Notes: a model not told the origin generated them from the letters alone. Numbered from the stretch's first letter, positions 23,760-37,003 are shown. The stretch: DNA of 61,499 nt from Octopus bimaculoides (GCF_001194135.2 NC_068998.1:44674183-44735681), one strand, 5' to 3'. Numbers and translations: made by a program.

Positions 23760-24692
23760 ACTTATTTTATTTTATTAATTAATGACTTATTTTATTGTTT
23801 AACACCTGGTCAGCTCCTATTTTGTAGAACTACAATCACAAGTTTTCTAACCATGACCATCTTGAAAGTTTTGTATTGCAGGATTTTCGGTTTACAATGT
23901 GTCCCTTTATATTTAAGACACCAAGATATGGTACAAAATGAGATTCAGCTGCTTCATCTAGCAGATGGACAGGCTGTGGAGGGACATTTTCATTGGCTCT
24001 CAGTAGCAATGGCGTTATCTTGTAGAAATCAAACAAAACCAAGCTACCAGTAAATTCCATTGATTGCACTTTTAACAGAGTAGGGAATTCAATGACAGAT
24101 GATATTTCAAAGCCACATTCAATTACGTCAAGTATATGTTTGTTTGTGCTGTTGTTGTTGTTGTGTTGCATTTCAAATGTCATCATTCTGTCCTCTCCAC
24201 CTCCTCCTCATCATCATCATCATCATCAGTTCATCTCTCTTCCATCACATCACCCTGCCATCTCTCCATCATTCTCCTGCTTCCCTGGTTCTCAGATCTG
24301 AGCAAATTGCAGTCCAAGTAATGTTTGAATCTACCATAAACTCCTTCTGATGAAAATCTTTCATCAATCAAGCTCGTTAGCATATGTACATTGATTCATT
24401 ACCTCCTGGCAGGTAAACGAAGTAAAGTGATGAAAACAGCATCAAAATTACTGCGTTTTTTTTTTCATTATCAAACTGAAAACTTAGCAAATGAAAAAAA
24501 TATATTGCATCTTTATATATCCTTGTACGTTACAAGGTGAGGCCTTGGGGCACCATCAGCTACATAACAAGGGGCAACCTATACATAAATGATATTACAC
24601 ATGTACGCATACACATACATGTGTACATATATTTGTGTTACATTTGTAAGCATGTACATACATATTTACAGTATCAGTCTCTCTGTATACAT

Positions 24693-25098
24693 GTGGCTGT
24701 GTGGTAACAAGCGTGCTTCTCAACCACACGGTTCTGGGTTCAGTCCCACTGTGTTACACCTTGTGCAAGAGTTTTATACTATAGCCTCAGGCCAACCAAA
24801 GCTTTGTGAGTGGATTTGGTAGATGGGAACTGAGAGTAGCCCATTGTACGTATATATATGTATATATGTATGTGTGTGTGTCTTTTTGTTTGTGTTTGTC
24901 CCTGGCTCACTGCTTGACAGCTGGTGTTGGTGTGTTTACGTCCACATAACCTTGCAGTTCAGCAAAAGAGAGCAATAGAATAAGTACTAGGCTTTAAAAA
25001 ATGTAAGTCCTGGGGTCAATTTATTCAACTAAAACCCATCAAGATGGTGCTTCAGCATGGCCACAGTCAAATGACTGAAACAAGTAAAAGATAAAAGA
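24693..25098 (+). mobile_element. Family A SINE, full length
   Basis: Head, CORE-like region, (TA)(TG) tract and tail CAGCATGGCCACAGTCAAATGACTGAAACAAGTAAAAG. Confidence 0.85.
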
Positions 25099-25344
25099 TA
25101 TATATATATACATATATATATATAAACACAATTGCAGTGTGGAAGGTGTTTATACACAAAAATCATTAGATTCACGGAATTTTGTCAGTGAACAGATCAC
25201 AGTTTCAAAGCAACAAAAATATTTTCACAAATTAAATTTAAATGTTGAAGTGAATCTAATGGTTTTTGTGTGTTTTTAAATGGCTTAGAAACATCTTCTG
25301 TGCTGCAATCAAATTATATCTGTAATATATATATATATATATTG

Positions 25345-25680
25345 TGAAGGCACATGGCTCAGTGATTAGAGCGTCGAGCTTACGATCGTGAAGTTGTGAG
25401 TTCGAATCCGGGACTGGGCTGTGTGTTGCGTTCTTGAGCAAGACACTTTATTTCACATTGCTCCAGTTCACTCAGCTGTAGAAATGAGTTGCGACGTCAC
25501 AGGTGCCAAGCCACATTGGCCTTTGCCTTTCCCTTGCATAACACTGGTGACGTGGAGAGTGGAGACCGGTAATTATGGGCGAGTGCTGGTCTTCCATAAA
25601 CAACCTTGCCCGGACTTGTGCCTCGGAGAGTAACTTTCTAGGTGCAATCCCATGGTCAGTTTTGACCGAAGGGGATCTCA
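25345..25680 (+). mobile_element. Family E SINE with an intact tRNA-Arg-like head
   Basis: A box TGGCTCAGTGATTAG, B box GTTCGAATCC, CORE-like TTCTTGAGCAAGACACTTTATTTCAC and E tail GCGACGTCACAGGTGCCAAG...TTGACCGAAGGGG. Confidence 0.9.
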
Positions 25681-26502
25681 GCACATATATATTTCAAGGG
25701 TTGACTAGAAAGAACACAAGGGGAAAATCTGACGAAAACATAACAAACAGAAAATTAACAAAAACAAAATACACAGAAAAACCGCACCTGATTCCTATAT
25801 GTATATGATGAGTGAAGTCTTAAAGAGAAGAAGATGGGGATGGATGGCATTTTACTCAATAGCGGATGAGCTCCAAATAAAGCTAGACAATGCCATATGC
25901 ACCAGACACTTCACTAGCACCATCTACCTGTGCTCTTACATGTAAGTGAGATGTAATCTATGTAGAGGATTGAACACTGATTGGCTATGACACACAACAA
26001 GCTGCATTACACCTACCAAATCCCCTCCTTTTAAAGCTGCTGGGTTTGTGCCAAAATTAGAAACCAGTTATGATAACATAGCTTTATGGGTACACAATAC
26101 ATCAGAACAACTGTGTGGAGTCTCTGTGAGAGAAAAAGCTATACAACTCGCACAACTACAATAATCAGTTTGACTGGCTGATAACAGGTTCCCCGCTAAC
26201 TATATATTTGAATTGTCATTAGTTGAGAATACAACTGTGGACAATGTAATTAGAAAAATTTGTTTAATGAAAGCTTGTTCAACAAGAAGATATCTTTCCA
26301 TTGTCGGTATAGATTAGAATATGATAACTTGACAGATCTATGTGTCTATATTTTATGTTTCATATTGACATAGTCAATGTTAAGGAAGTACGTACACAGG
26401 TTGTGTGTGTGTGTGTGTGTGTGTGTGTCCGTGTCTGTGTGTATATATGTATGTATGTGTGTGTGTGTCTGTGTGTATATATGTATATGTGTGTGTATGT
26501 AA

Positions 26503-26533
<31 letters not shown>

Positions 26534-26605
26534 AGTGTATGTATGTTTGTATATATATATGTATATATATATATATGTGTATAAATATGTATATGTGTGT
26601 AGATA

Positions 26606-26656
<51 letters not shown>

Positions 26657-27242
26657 GTATGTATATATATATATATATACACATATGTATGTATATATGT
26701 ATGTATATATATGCATGTATATGTCTGCATATATATATATATGTATGTACATACTTATGTGTTTGTATATGAGTGTATATATATGTATATTAACATTTTT
26801 GCACATGATTGAATATATACATACATACATATATACATAGTTATACAGTCACACACACAGGCATGTCCACGCACAAGTGCATGCACACACACAAATGCAC
26901 TCACACACAAGTGCACTTGCATACACGCATACAAGCACACATATACACACACATTTCACATCAAATATTAGAAGATTAATTTTGGGTGTGGCATTTAAAT
27001 ATTTGTTATTCCAATATTGATTAAATCGTACATTTATGAACTCTATATACATTTAGATATCCAACACATTTATCCAAATCTATACATTTATGTAAACATA
27101 ATGGTTTATGTATAGCCAAACATTCAGTGTACTTAGGCATTTTTCAACAAACTTTTATGTACAGACATTATGTCTGATATGTATGTCAGCATGTAAACAT
27201 GTTCTATATTAAAAAGACTAACAGATTTATGTGACACATGAT

Positions 27243-27274
<32 letters not shown>

Positions 27275-27554
27275 ATACACTTATATGTCATCAGTAAATC
27301 ATAAATTCAAAAGAGTAGCACACTCTAAGTTATAGAGCAATAATTAAATAAAGATAGTTATGGCTGGTCCATGGGTTTCATGTCCATAAAGTGCTTTGCT
27401 TTACGTCTTTCTTCAGGGTCCCAAGAAACTCTGTAAAGCAAGGTTAGGCACTTTATGGATGTGAATGAAACCCAGGCTAACCCCCAGAGACCAAATATAA
27501 CTGTCTTTTCGCCATGATAGATCACTAGCCACTATACCTTTTTCTATTTCTATG

Positions 27555-27852
27555 ACATTCGAGCGAGATCATTGCCAGTGCCGCCGAACTGGCTCCTGTG
27601 CAGGTGGCACGTAAAATACACCATTATGAGCGTGGCCGTTGCCAGTACCTCCTGACTGGCCTTCGTGCCGGTGAAACGTAAAAGCACCCACTACACTCTC
27701 AGAGTGGTTGGCGTTAGGAAGGGCATCCCGCTGTAGAAACTCTGCCAAATCAGATTGGAGCCTGGTGTAGCCACGTGGTTTACCAGTCCTCTGTCAAATC
27801 GTCCAACCCATGCTAGCATGGAAAGCGGACATTAGACGATGATGATGATGAT
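27555..27852 (+). mobile_element. Young family C SINE
   Basis: CpG-rich, little decayed; two GGTGGCACGTAAAA-type units and a (GAT)n tail. A similar copy lies at 54941-55108. Confidence 0.9.
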
Positions 27853-28016
27853 TTTCTATTTTTTCTATTTTCTGTCCCTGTTTATTTCTGTGTTCCTTTC
27901 TGTTGAAGAGCGTAAGCTCGAAATGTAAAAGACTTCCTCACTTCCTGAGCGTTAAACTAATACATCTGTTTGTTGTTTACACACCCATCTTCGTCTTTTG
28001 GCTTTTTTGTAAATTC

Positions 28017-28021
<5 letters not shown>
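27853..28021 (+). mobile_element. Penelope-like short element with hammerhead-like motif, copy 2
   Basis: CTTT-CTGTTGA-A-GAGC GTAA GCTC-GAAA-TGTA-AAAG; ends in (TA)n. Confidence 0.55.
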
Positions 28022-28074
<53 letters not shown>

Positions 28075-28869
28075 GAAATACCATGGTTCCATAACTTGAG
28101 AGATGTTTGTATTTAAAAGAAAAGATTAGATCAGTTACTCAAGTGCAGGGCCATTGTTGGGCTTGGTGCCATAGTTGCTACTTACAACGTTCTTATTAAT
28201 GAGATTCCTTTTTTTTTTTTCCTTACTCAATAATGTACTTTTTTTGTACTCAGTACTTAATAAAATAATTACTGGTAGAGTCTTTTGTAGTAAATAATCT
28301 TGATAAAATATTAAAAATAAGGTTGTTTTTTACCAGCCATCAGTGGGGCAAACATTTTTCTGAAAAGTTATAGTGGAACCTGGTGGGAAATAGATTGGGA
28401 AACATTGGGTTAGATAGAAAAAGCAGCATGCTAGAAATAGCAGTAAGACACCATGGTGTTAAGAAATGAAAAGAAAGCCACTTTTTCCATTTTTTACAGC
28501 ATTATTAAATTTCCCTGAGCAAAGGACATATTGTATTATGGTAGCATATGTTCGGTGAGCTTGTAAACTGATATGAAAATATTGTGTCCGAGACATTTGA
28601 ATTGGTACTGATCAGGTTTGCTTTGGGAGTAAATAATAGCAACAATATCGCTGAGGCATTAAAATTTGTCAAACAATCTGAAATGTCTTCTGGATATTCT
28701 TGTTATAGAGCCAAAGACAGGAGGGTTGTTAGGGTGTGGTAATGGGAAGGAGTTGCTAGTTCAAGAACGAAATATTTATGCAAGAAGTGGATAAATAAAT
28801 AACCATGATGTGATGAGGACATTAACTGAATAATTAGCAATACTTTAACGTTTCCATCATCTACACACA

Positions 28870-29060
28870 ATTTAACATCATAGGAAATATCACGCATGAT
28901 ATGAACACATGATTTAATATCAAGAGATATATCACATGTGATTTGATATGATAGGAAATACCATACAGGATATAAACATATGTGATTTGATAACACTGGA
29001 AATATTACAGGACATAAGCATGCAATATGACAATATAGGAAATATCACAGGATATATTAT
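28870..29060. repeat. Degenerate minisatellite built from GGAAATATCACAGGATAT and ACATGTGATTT motifs
   Basis: GGAAATAYY recurs 4 times and GATTT-type motifs 3 times within 190 bp. Confidence 0.5.
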
Positions 29061-29352
29061 TTGCTGACAACTTGCAGATACAAGCGCTACCAGTTGAAAG
29101 CTTCTCTTACCAGACACTAGTAGGCTTACAGGGTCATCAGGAGAGAATGTGTGCTGTTTCAGGACCTTCCTCTCAATAGCATATTAGTGCAATGTCACCA
29201 CCGCCTTGATGAGAAATATCACAAGATGTATACATGTATGTGTGTATGTGTAAATTGTCTGAATTCAAAACAATCAGATATCTAAATAGTAAAAGCACTA
29301 AGGTAGAGTCAGGGATAGTGCAACTGTGTACCGACAATATCTACTGACATAT

Positions 29353-29736
29353 TGTTGTTGGCACTCCGTCACTTATGACATCGAGGGTTCCAGTCGATCC
29401 GATCAACGGAACAGCCTGCTCGTGAAATTAACATGCAAGTGACTGAGCAATCCACAGACACGTGTACCCTTAACGTAGTTCTCGGGGATATTCAGCGTGA
29501 CACAGTGTGACAAGGCTGGCCCTTTGAAATACAGGCACAACAGAAATAGGAAGTAAGAGTGAGAGAAATTTGTGGTGAAAGAGTACAGCAGGGTTCGCCA
29601 CCATCCCCTGCCGGAGCCTTGTGGAGCTTTAGGTGTTTTCGCTCAATAAACACTCACAATGCCCAGTCTGGGAATCGAAACCGCGATCCTATGACCGCGA
29701 GTTCGCTGCCCTAACCACTGGGCCATTGCGCCTCCA
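29353..29736 (-). mobile_element. Young SINE with a distinct tRNA head and the family D tail
   Basis: Head GGAGGCGCAATGGCCCAGTGGTTAGGGCAGC...GGTTTCGATTCCC; D tail TTCAAAGGGCCAGCCTTGTCAC...GACGGAGTGCCAACAACA; 12-bp duplication CTACTGACATAT at 29341-29352 and 29746-29757. Confidence 0.9.
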
Positions 29737-30885
29737 TTACTACTACTACTGACATATACATACTTACTAAAGTAAATACAGATTTGTCTTTCCAGTTATG
29801 TATGCATTCACAAGTAATTTTACTGACTCTATGTGCCATGTAGGACATGCTGGGACACAGTCTCTGCACATATTCCACTTTGACAACAAACTCCAGCTCT
29901 AAATGCATGGAAGGTTCTGAGTTAAATGAAGAATAAATAATAACACAGATTGGTTGTGATCCACCACAGCTCTTTCAGACATCTTTTTTATTGATATAGA
30001 AAGAGCACTGAAAGTCTGAAGCTTACATTCAAAGATTCATTCTTGATAAATATAAACTATGTACTGTGACACGAGTCCCTCACTATTATGGCATTATCTT
30101 TCCAGTCATAGAAGTCTTTCTGTCTCAGTACATAAAACAAGCGGATTAACCAACAGCAATGTCTGAGCCAATGAGGGTGATGAGCCAACTACAAAATTTT
30201 CAGCTTGTGGCCACTTGCCCTGCTAGAAATAACCTTCAAATCTCATGCATTGTCTTAAATAATTATCACTTCCTTCTACCTGTTATTTCTTCCTAACTCA
30301 TCTTAACTTTTCTTAGCATAGCACCCCCTCTCACCATCCTACTAACAGCTTTACCCTTTTATATTTCTGTACTAGACTGCAAATATGTTACCGGAGATAC
30401 ACCAATACCGTACTAAATAATGAAAGAACACCTTATATAATACAGCCTTCGTCATGGACGAATACCTTGACATATGTATTAACTACATCTGTGCTGACAT
30501 GTGACTAAACAACATCAATATATATCTAATCACTACAGTTATACATTGTTCATCACAACACACAGGGACATTGCTTCATGACTAACATTTAAATCAGTTT
30601 TGCCAAAATAAGAGTTAGAAAGATGCAGTGAGATTAAATCTGGATCAATTGGTCCACACAGAGAAGATGTTTCAGGATTGTTGTTGTTGTTGTTGTTATT
30701 TAATCCCAGGTAAAACTTGATTGAGCAAGGTGGCATGGCTTGATCAACAAGTTCACTTCACAACTGAGTGGTTTTAGCATCAAAATTCTACAAATTCTAC
30801 AACATGGGAACTTTGGGCAAATACCTTCAACCATAAATTCAGATCAATCAATGTACTGTGATAGAAATTTGGCTTCAAGAAGCCG

Positions 30886-30939
<54 letters not shown>

Positions 30940-31340
30940 TTTTAGTTTTTTGTTTTAGTTAGGAGAAAAGGTAATATCTATGTATATTCACAGGGCTACC
31001 AAGCCCGGAGCTACCAAGGGAGGTGTCCTCAAATTAGAGACTCCACCTGTTTAATCCCTCCTAACTCTCTTATGAAAGCATCGATTCCCTCATCCCCTCT
31101 CACGAACCACTCTCTCTCTGTCATCTCTTATACTCACCTCCTTGTTCCTTGAGAGTTTGCTCTAGAACCCCGTGACTACCTTCCACTTATCTCCTCCAGC
31201 CATATATCCCCTCTGTTGCAAAACACCTGTGCTTGTCCTGCTATCATACTTCAGCCTTTCAACATCTAGCACACAGCTACTCACTTCCACTTTCTTCTTC
31301 CAAATACTTCTTCTAAGGACTGAGATATTCTCTGTTCTTT
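30886..31340 (-). mobile_element. Probable L1/Tx1-type LINE 3' end with poly(A) tail
   Basis: Long T-run (about 30893-30939) at the left end; purine-rich minus strand reading IWKKKVEVSSCVLDVERLK. Confidence 0.4.
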
Positions 31341-32631
31341 TCAATCTTACAAGCTACATAGAACCTCTCTAGTATCAGAGGCACAAAAAAAGCATCCAAA
31401 AGACTCTGTAAAGTGGTTGCAGTTAGGAAAGGCATCCAACCATATAAAACTAAGCCAAAGATAGCAGCCTTACATAGAATCTTTAAAGGCCAACATGTTG
31501 CACTGGATACATTTAGATGGTAATCAAATGAGAAAGAAGATTCCCCACCACCCCAATAAGAGATCAATCACCAACATCTGTATATGCAGCTCTTCACTGT
31601 AATGTAATGTAAATCTGGTTTTTACTTTAGACATTAATATACAAACTCCACAACCAGACAATAGATTTTCACCCATTGCAAAATAATGTTGGAGACTTTT
31701 TGATGTCAATCAACATGCTGGAAAAAGCAACCAAATCTAATTGCAATGGCTTAAAAGATCGAAGGGTATGTTAGATATTGTAGTTGAACATATTCTATGT
31801 CTGAAATGAAAAAAAGACTGGATGTTTGAGATTAGAATAACTTTGATCGTAAATCTTGTGAATCACAGAGCTAAGCAACTGCAAGAACAGCATCTGAATG
31901 ACTGATTTTCTCTCAGTAAAGATAAAATGTAATCTTTAGTGGATCGACGGTATTTCCCTGTGATCCGATCATTGATCTTTCTGAATTATTGATAATTATT
32001 ACATCATACTTTGTGATATATAATATTAGTAAAGTGAATGAAAAATGATCAGAATTGAACTTACTGTAGTCAGCAAACCACAATTGTTAAATCACTCATC
32101 TGCCTCAGCTTATAACTACTGCTGCTGTAGATACTACTACTACTACTACTATTACTATACTACTACAACTAATACTGCTGCTGCTGCTTCAATTTGATAT
32201 TTATCTATATTGATATACATCTGTTCGTGCGGTGAGTGCACATATATGTCTGCAAGGCTCTAAGTACGCATGCATACATATGTTTGTCTGCGTGGATATA
32301 TGTATGCATATGGAATCATGAGTGTATGTTGTTTTGTATGTACGTACGTTGTTTAGGACTACGTAAACATTTTTAAGTTCATGCTTGTGTATGTGTATGC
32401 GTGTGTCTTAAGATAGATTATGTTTTGTTTCAATACATAATTGATTCAATGTAATCAATATTCATTTCTACACAGACCATTCAACAAACTACTTTTACAA
32501 CTTCATACGCATGTATAAAGTGCTCTGTGTGTGTATAAGCGCTGCATGTGCATGCATATGTGTATGTTTGTGTATATATATATATATATATGTATATACA
32601 GACGTGTGTGTGTGTGTGTGTGAGCATGTGG

Positions 32632-32673
<42 letters not shown>

Positions 32674-33393
32674 ACATATACACATGCAGCCAGTTACACA
32701 TGCACTTGCATGCCAGTATGTCTGCCTGTTTATCTTTATCTCAATGTATAAACTGTTTTGTTCTTGTTGTTCACCAACCAGCTAGATGCAGTCATCTAGC
32801 CAGCCAGCCAACCAACCAACCAATCAGCCAGCCAGCCAGCCCTCCACTCATCTGGCCATCCATACAGCTATCTAATCAGCCATCTGTTTGTCGTTATAAA
32901 CTATTGAACATCTACCATACTGTCTTCTTTGCACTTGCGTCAGTGATTTTTAGAGAAAGAAATTACAATCTAACTAATCTATCAACACTGTACTTCTTGA
33001 AGTTTTGCTTTCGATGGGGACAATTTACTTTTAGCTCCTGTAAAGAAAGGGTAAAGCCCCACTTCGGTCATGAGTGGCCATGTGATTGTTTATGAAAGAC
33101 CAGCAATCACCCATGCATACCAGCTTCCCCTCACCACGCCAAGGGAAAGGCAAAGTCCAAGACAGCTTGGCACCAGTGACATCATCACAACTCATTTCTG
33201 CAGGTGAGTGAACTACAGCAATGCAAAATAAAGTGTCTTGCTCAAGAACACGACACATGTCCTAGTCTGGGAATCGAACTCACTACCTCATGGTTGTGAG
33301 CCAAATGCTCTAACCACTGAGCCATGCACCTTCACATTTTATCTCTTGTGAAACTTCTAGTAATGTTGTACCTGCTGCTACTACTACTGCCAT

Positions 33394-33571
33394 CAGTGTT
33401 GTCTTAAGGCATGGGTACATTGGGCAGTTGCTCAGGGACTCATGGTGTCTAGGGGCCCAATTTTGATTTATGTATGCTGTGGCTTGCTGTTAGTAAATAA
33501 ATGCTATAGGCACCAGGGCATTGATTTGCTCCGGGGATGGGGGTGCCTATAATGCTGCTAAGCTGATTCTG
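33394..33571 (+). mobile_element. hAT-like MITE; second copy at about 44270-44425
   Basis: Shared CATGGGYACATTGGGCAGTT...TATGTATGCTGTGG...ATTGATTTGC...CTATAAT; termini CAGTGTTGTCTTAAG / CTAAGCTGATTCTG. Confidence 0.55.
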
Positions 33572-33787
33572 ACTACTGCCACTACTACTACCTCTGTTAC
33601 TACTTATGTGTAATACTGGGCTTGTGATTATTTCATTTCATTTCATTCCATTGTTCTGCTCCTTGATGAAATGTCTCCTTTACCATGTCAAGGGTCAAGT
33701 TATTGTTATTGGAATTTAGGAAACAAAAACTGCATGGAAGACTATTGGATGTTCCCAGATAGAGGACTCTCTCTCTCTCTCTCTCTC

Positions 33788-33839
<52 letters not shown>

Positions 33840-34353
33840 CTGCACACACATTAATTTGTTTGTCTGAAACCAACTCTAACAACTACCGGTAGATTCTCGA
33901 CATGGAATACTTACTGTTCAGCGGACAAACTACTTTATTTTTCAAGTAGAAAAATTGCCAATAGACACCAGCATTGATTTCAGTTCACCAAATTGCACAT
34001 TTTCCAATACCCTCTTCTTTTTCAATTTGTCTTTCTTTCCCATTCATAACTGTTTATCTGCCATCTCTCACCGCCACCTCCACCATCACTGTTGATAACA
34101 CCATCCACATCTCTATGACTTACCTTTCATCAGTCCTATATCTCAGTAAGTACATTGATCCATTATCTCTCCAATATGCTATGTGTAAGAGAGTTCTGTA
34201 AGAGAGTAATATCTGGTTGATTATGTTGCAGCTCCTTATCTGTGTAGCCTGGCATATCCTAGATGCATTTCACCTGCTCTTTCTCTACTGCAGGTAAAGG
34301 TTGGTGTTCATACCACTTGTTGGGACATTCTGGCCCATACTTCCTGCTCAACT

Positions 34354-34560
34354 TAGAATCGTTAGCATGCTGGGCAAAACGCTTAGTGGCATTTTGTTTG
34401 TCTTTACGTTCTGAGTTCAAATTCTGTCAAGATCACCTTTGCCTTTCATCATTTTGGGGTAGATAAAATAAGTACCAGTTGAGCACTCGGGTCAATGTAA
34501 TCGACTTACCCGCCTTCCACGAACTTACTGACCTTGGGCCAAAATTTGAAACCATTATTA

Positions 34561-34630
<70 letters not shown>

Positions 34631-35190
34631 CAGCAGCAGCAGCAGTAGTAGTAGTAAGGCGGTGAGCTGGCAGAATCATTAGCACACTGGACAAAATGCT
34701 TAGTGGTATTTCGTCCATCACTACATTCTGGGTTCAAATTCTGCCATGGTCAACTTTGCCTTTCATCCTTTCAGGGTCCATAAATTAAGTACCAGTGAAA
34801 CACTGGGGTTGATGCACTTCACTCATCCCCTTCCCACAAATTTCAGGCTTTGTGCCTATAACAGAAATTATTATTATTATTATTATTAGTAGTAGTAGTA
34901 GTAGTAGTAGGCTGTGGCAAGCTGGCAGAATCGGTAGCACGCTGGATGAAATGTTTAGCAGTATTTCGTCTGTCTTCACATCACGCTCTGAGTTCAAATT
35001 CCGCTGAGGTTGACTTCGCCTCTCATCCTTTTGGAGTTGATAAATTAAGTACCAGTGAAACTCTGGGGTCGATGTTATTGACTAGTCCCCTCCCAACAAA
35101 TTTCAGGCCCTGTGGATTATTATTATTATCGTTATTATTATCATTATTATTATTGTTATTGTTATTATTATTATTATTATTATTAGGAGT
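34354..35190 (+). mobile_element. Three head-to-tail B2 SINEs joined by (ATT)n(AGT)n(AGC)n tails; a fourth at 35860-36105
   Basis: Copies start at about 34354, 34656 and 34910; the last two start immediately after the previous copy's triplet tail. Confidence 0.9.
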
Positions 35191-35810
35191 AGTAGAAGTA
35201 GTAAATTTAATAAAATGTTGAAATATACTGTACTCCAAGTACTTGCAGCAAAGTACAGCACTTGAACATAGTACCTATCTGTGCAATGCAATCACAATGC
35301 CAGAGATGTTACTCTCTATCAACCGTCTTTGTCTGACTGACAATTTGATAGGTTATTGGCCTGGCTAGCTGTAACAATACATAAGGGTATTACACTGTAT
35401 TCAATAGCCAAATAATGAGACATTAACACTTCATAAAATTCAAATTTAAGACTGATAATGTATCTTCAGGAGAATGTGTGTGAATGTGTATAAAGAGGGA
35501 GGGTATTTCTGCCTTCATTTCAAATACTATTTACAACTCCTCTTTTGAATTCCACTTTTGTATTTAATTTCATGCTTGGTACAGAGATAAAAACGTAGAG
35601 TTTGCTTAATTTATTACCCCATCATCACCCTGCTTTGTGGTCCCTTAGCTGCATTAAAATTCCTTAATGGTTTTTAAAATTCACTTTCTGTATCTAAAGG
35701 TGAACACCAGATGGTTTTTTATGGCAATAGGGAGGTAGTTTATCAGGCAAAAAGTAAATTTTATCATACTAATGAAACTATTATTATTACCATTATTATT
35801 ATTATTATTA

Positions 35811-35861
<51 letters not shown>

Positions 35862-37003
35862 CAGCGAGCTGGCAAAATAGTTAGCATGCGGGGCAAAATG
35901 CTTAACAGCATTTCATCTATCTTTACTTCCTGAGTTCAAATTCCACTGGGTTCAGCCTTGCCTTCCATCCTTTTGGAGTCAATAAAACAAGTACCAGTTA
36001 TGCACTGGGGTCAATGTAATTGACTATCCCTCTACTCCAAATTTCAGGCTTTGTTCCTATAATAGAAGGGATTATTGTTGTTGTTGTTGTTGTTGTTGTT
36101 ATTATACTTTTCAGAGCACTTGATGCTTTTTACATGGCCTCAGCACTGGCAGGGTCACCAAGTAACTTGCAAGACAAGGAATTTTGAGAGGGGCAGGGGC
36201 ATTGGAGTAGGGGATCTTGTCAGATGGTGAAAAGGTTTAGAGTGTGACAGAGAGACAGGGAAACAGAAACAAGTGTCTTGCTATAGAGGAAGTACATGGT
36301 TACCTAGCCAAGAGAGAGAAGGGGAGGGGGAGAGAGTGTGTGTGTGTGTGTGTGTACATATACATGTGTGTGTACATATACACGTGTGTGTATATGTATA
36401 TAGCCAAGAGAACTTGATTACAAGACTACAAGCTAATGAACAAGTTTTTGACAATATAGAACATTCACTGCTGAAAATTGGAAGTCATACCAGCTGTTAA
36501 GGAAATGAAAATCATTTTTTTAACCTATGAAGAATTGATTTTTGGCTGTTGAAGGTCACCAGTATACCTGTAGTGCTTTAACTTTGATTATTTGAATTGG
36601 TGAGAGTGTGAGAGACAGGTGTCTTGACAATAGACGCATTGATGATAGTGGAATATCAGCTTTATAATGCTTTAGATATTTGTTATTGTTAAGCCTCTGA
36701 TGATCAAAGCTGTTCTAGTTTTTTTGTCTATCAAGGATTACACTGTTCATTGTGTACTTCATTTTTGTTCTTTTTTAAATAGCAAGGTGTGAATTGAGGG
36801 AAATTTAGTTACTCTTTTAGCAAGCAAGTCAACCAAATAGAAATATCATCTTTTTCAATAGTAGTGTGACACACTATCAACATTTTTTGTATTGCAATAA
36901 ATTAATTCTTTGAGTTTGTACAGTATCCACCTAATGTGAGTCTAAGATGGCTAATTATAATTTTAAATTTGTGTGGAATTTGTTAACCATGATCTTATGT
37001 CAG

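Noticed and set aside
23836-24186. Overlapping 116-aa (-) and 124-aa (+) ORFs
   Set aside because: They begin in a microsatellite or SINE; no recognisable domain and no convincing donor/acceptor pair.
25345-25420. tRNA genes (also 7911, 14700, 29665-29736, 41200, 55172)
   Set aside because: A and B boxes are present, but the cloverleaf stems are broken and each continues into a SINE body.
33191-33209. CAG|GTGAGT recursive-site look-alike
   Set aside because: It is a point variant of the family E sequence CATTTCTACAGCTGAGTG and has a short pyrimidine tract.
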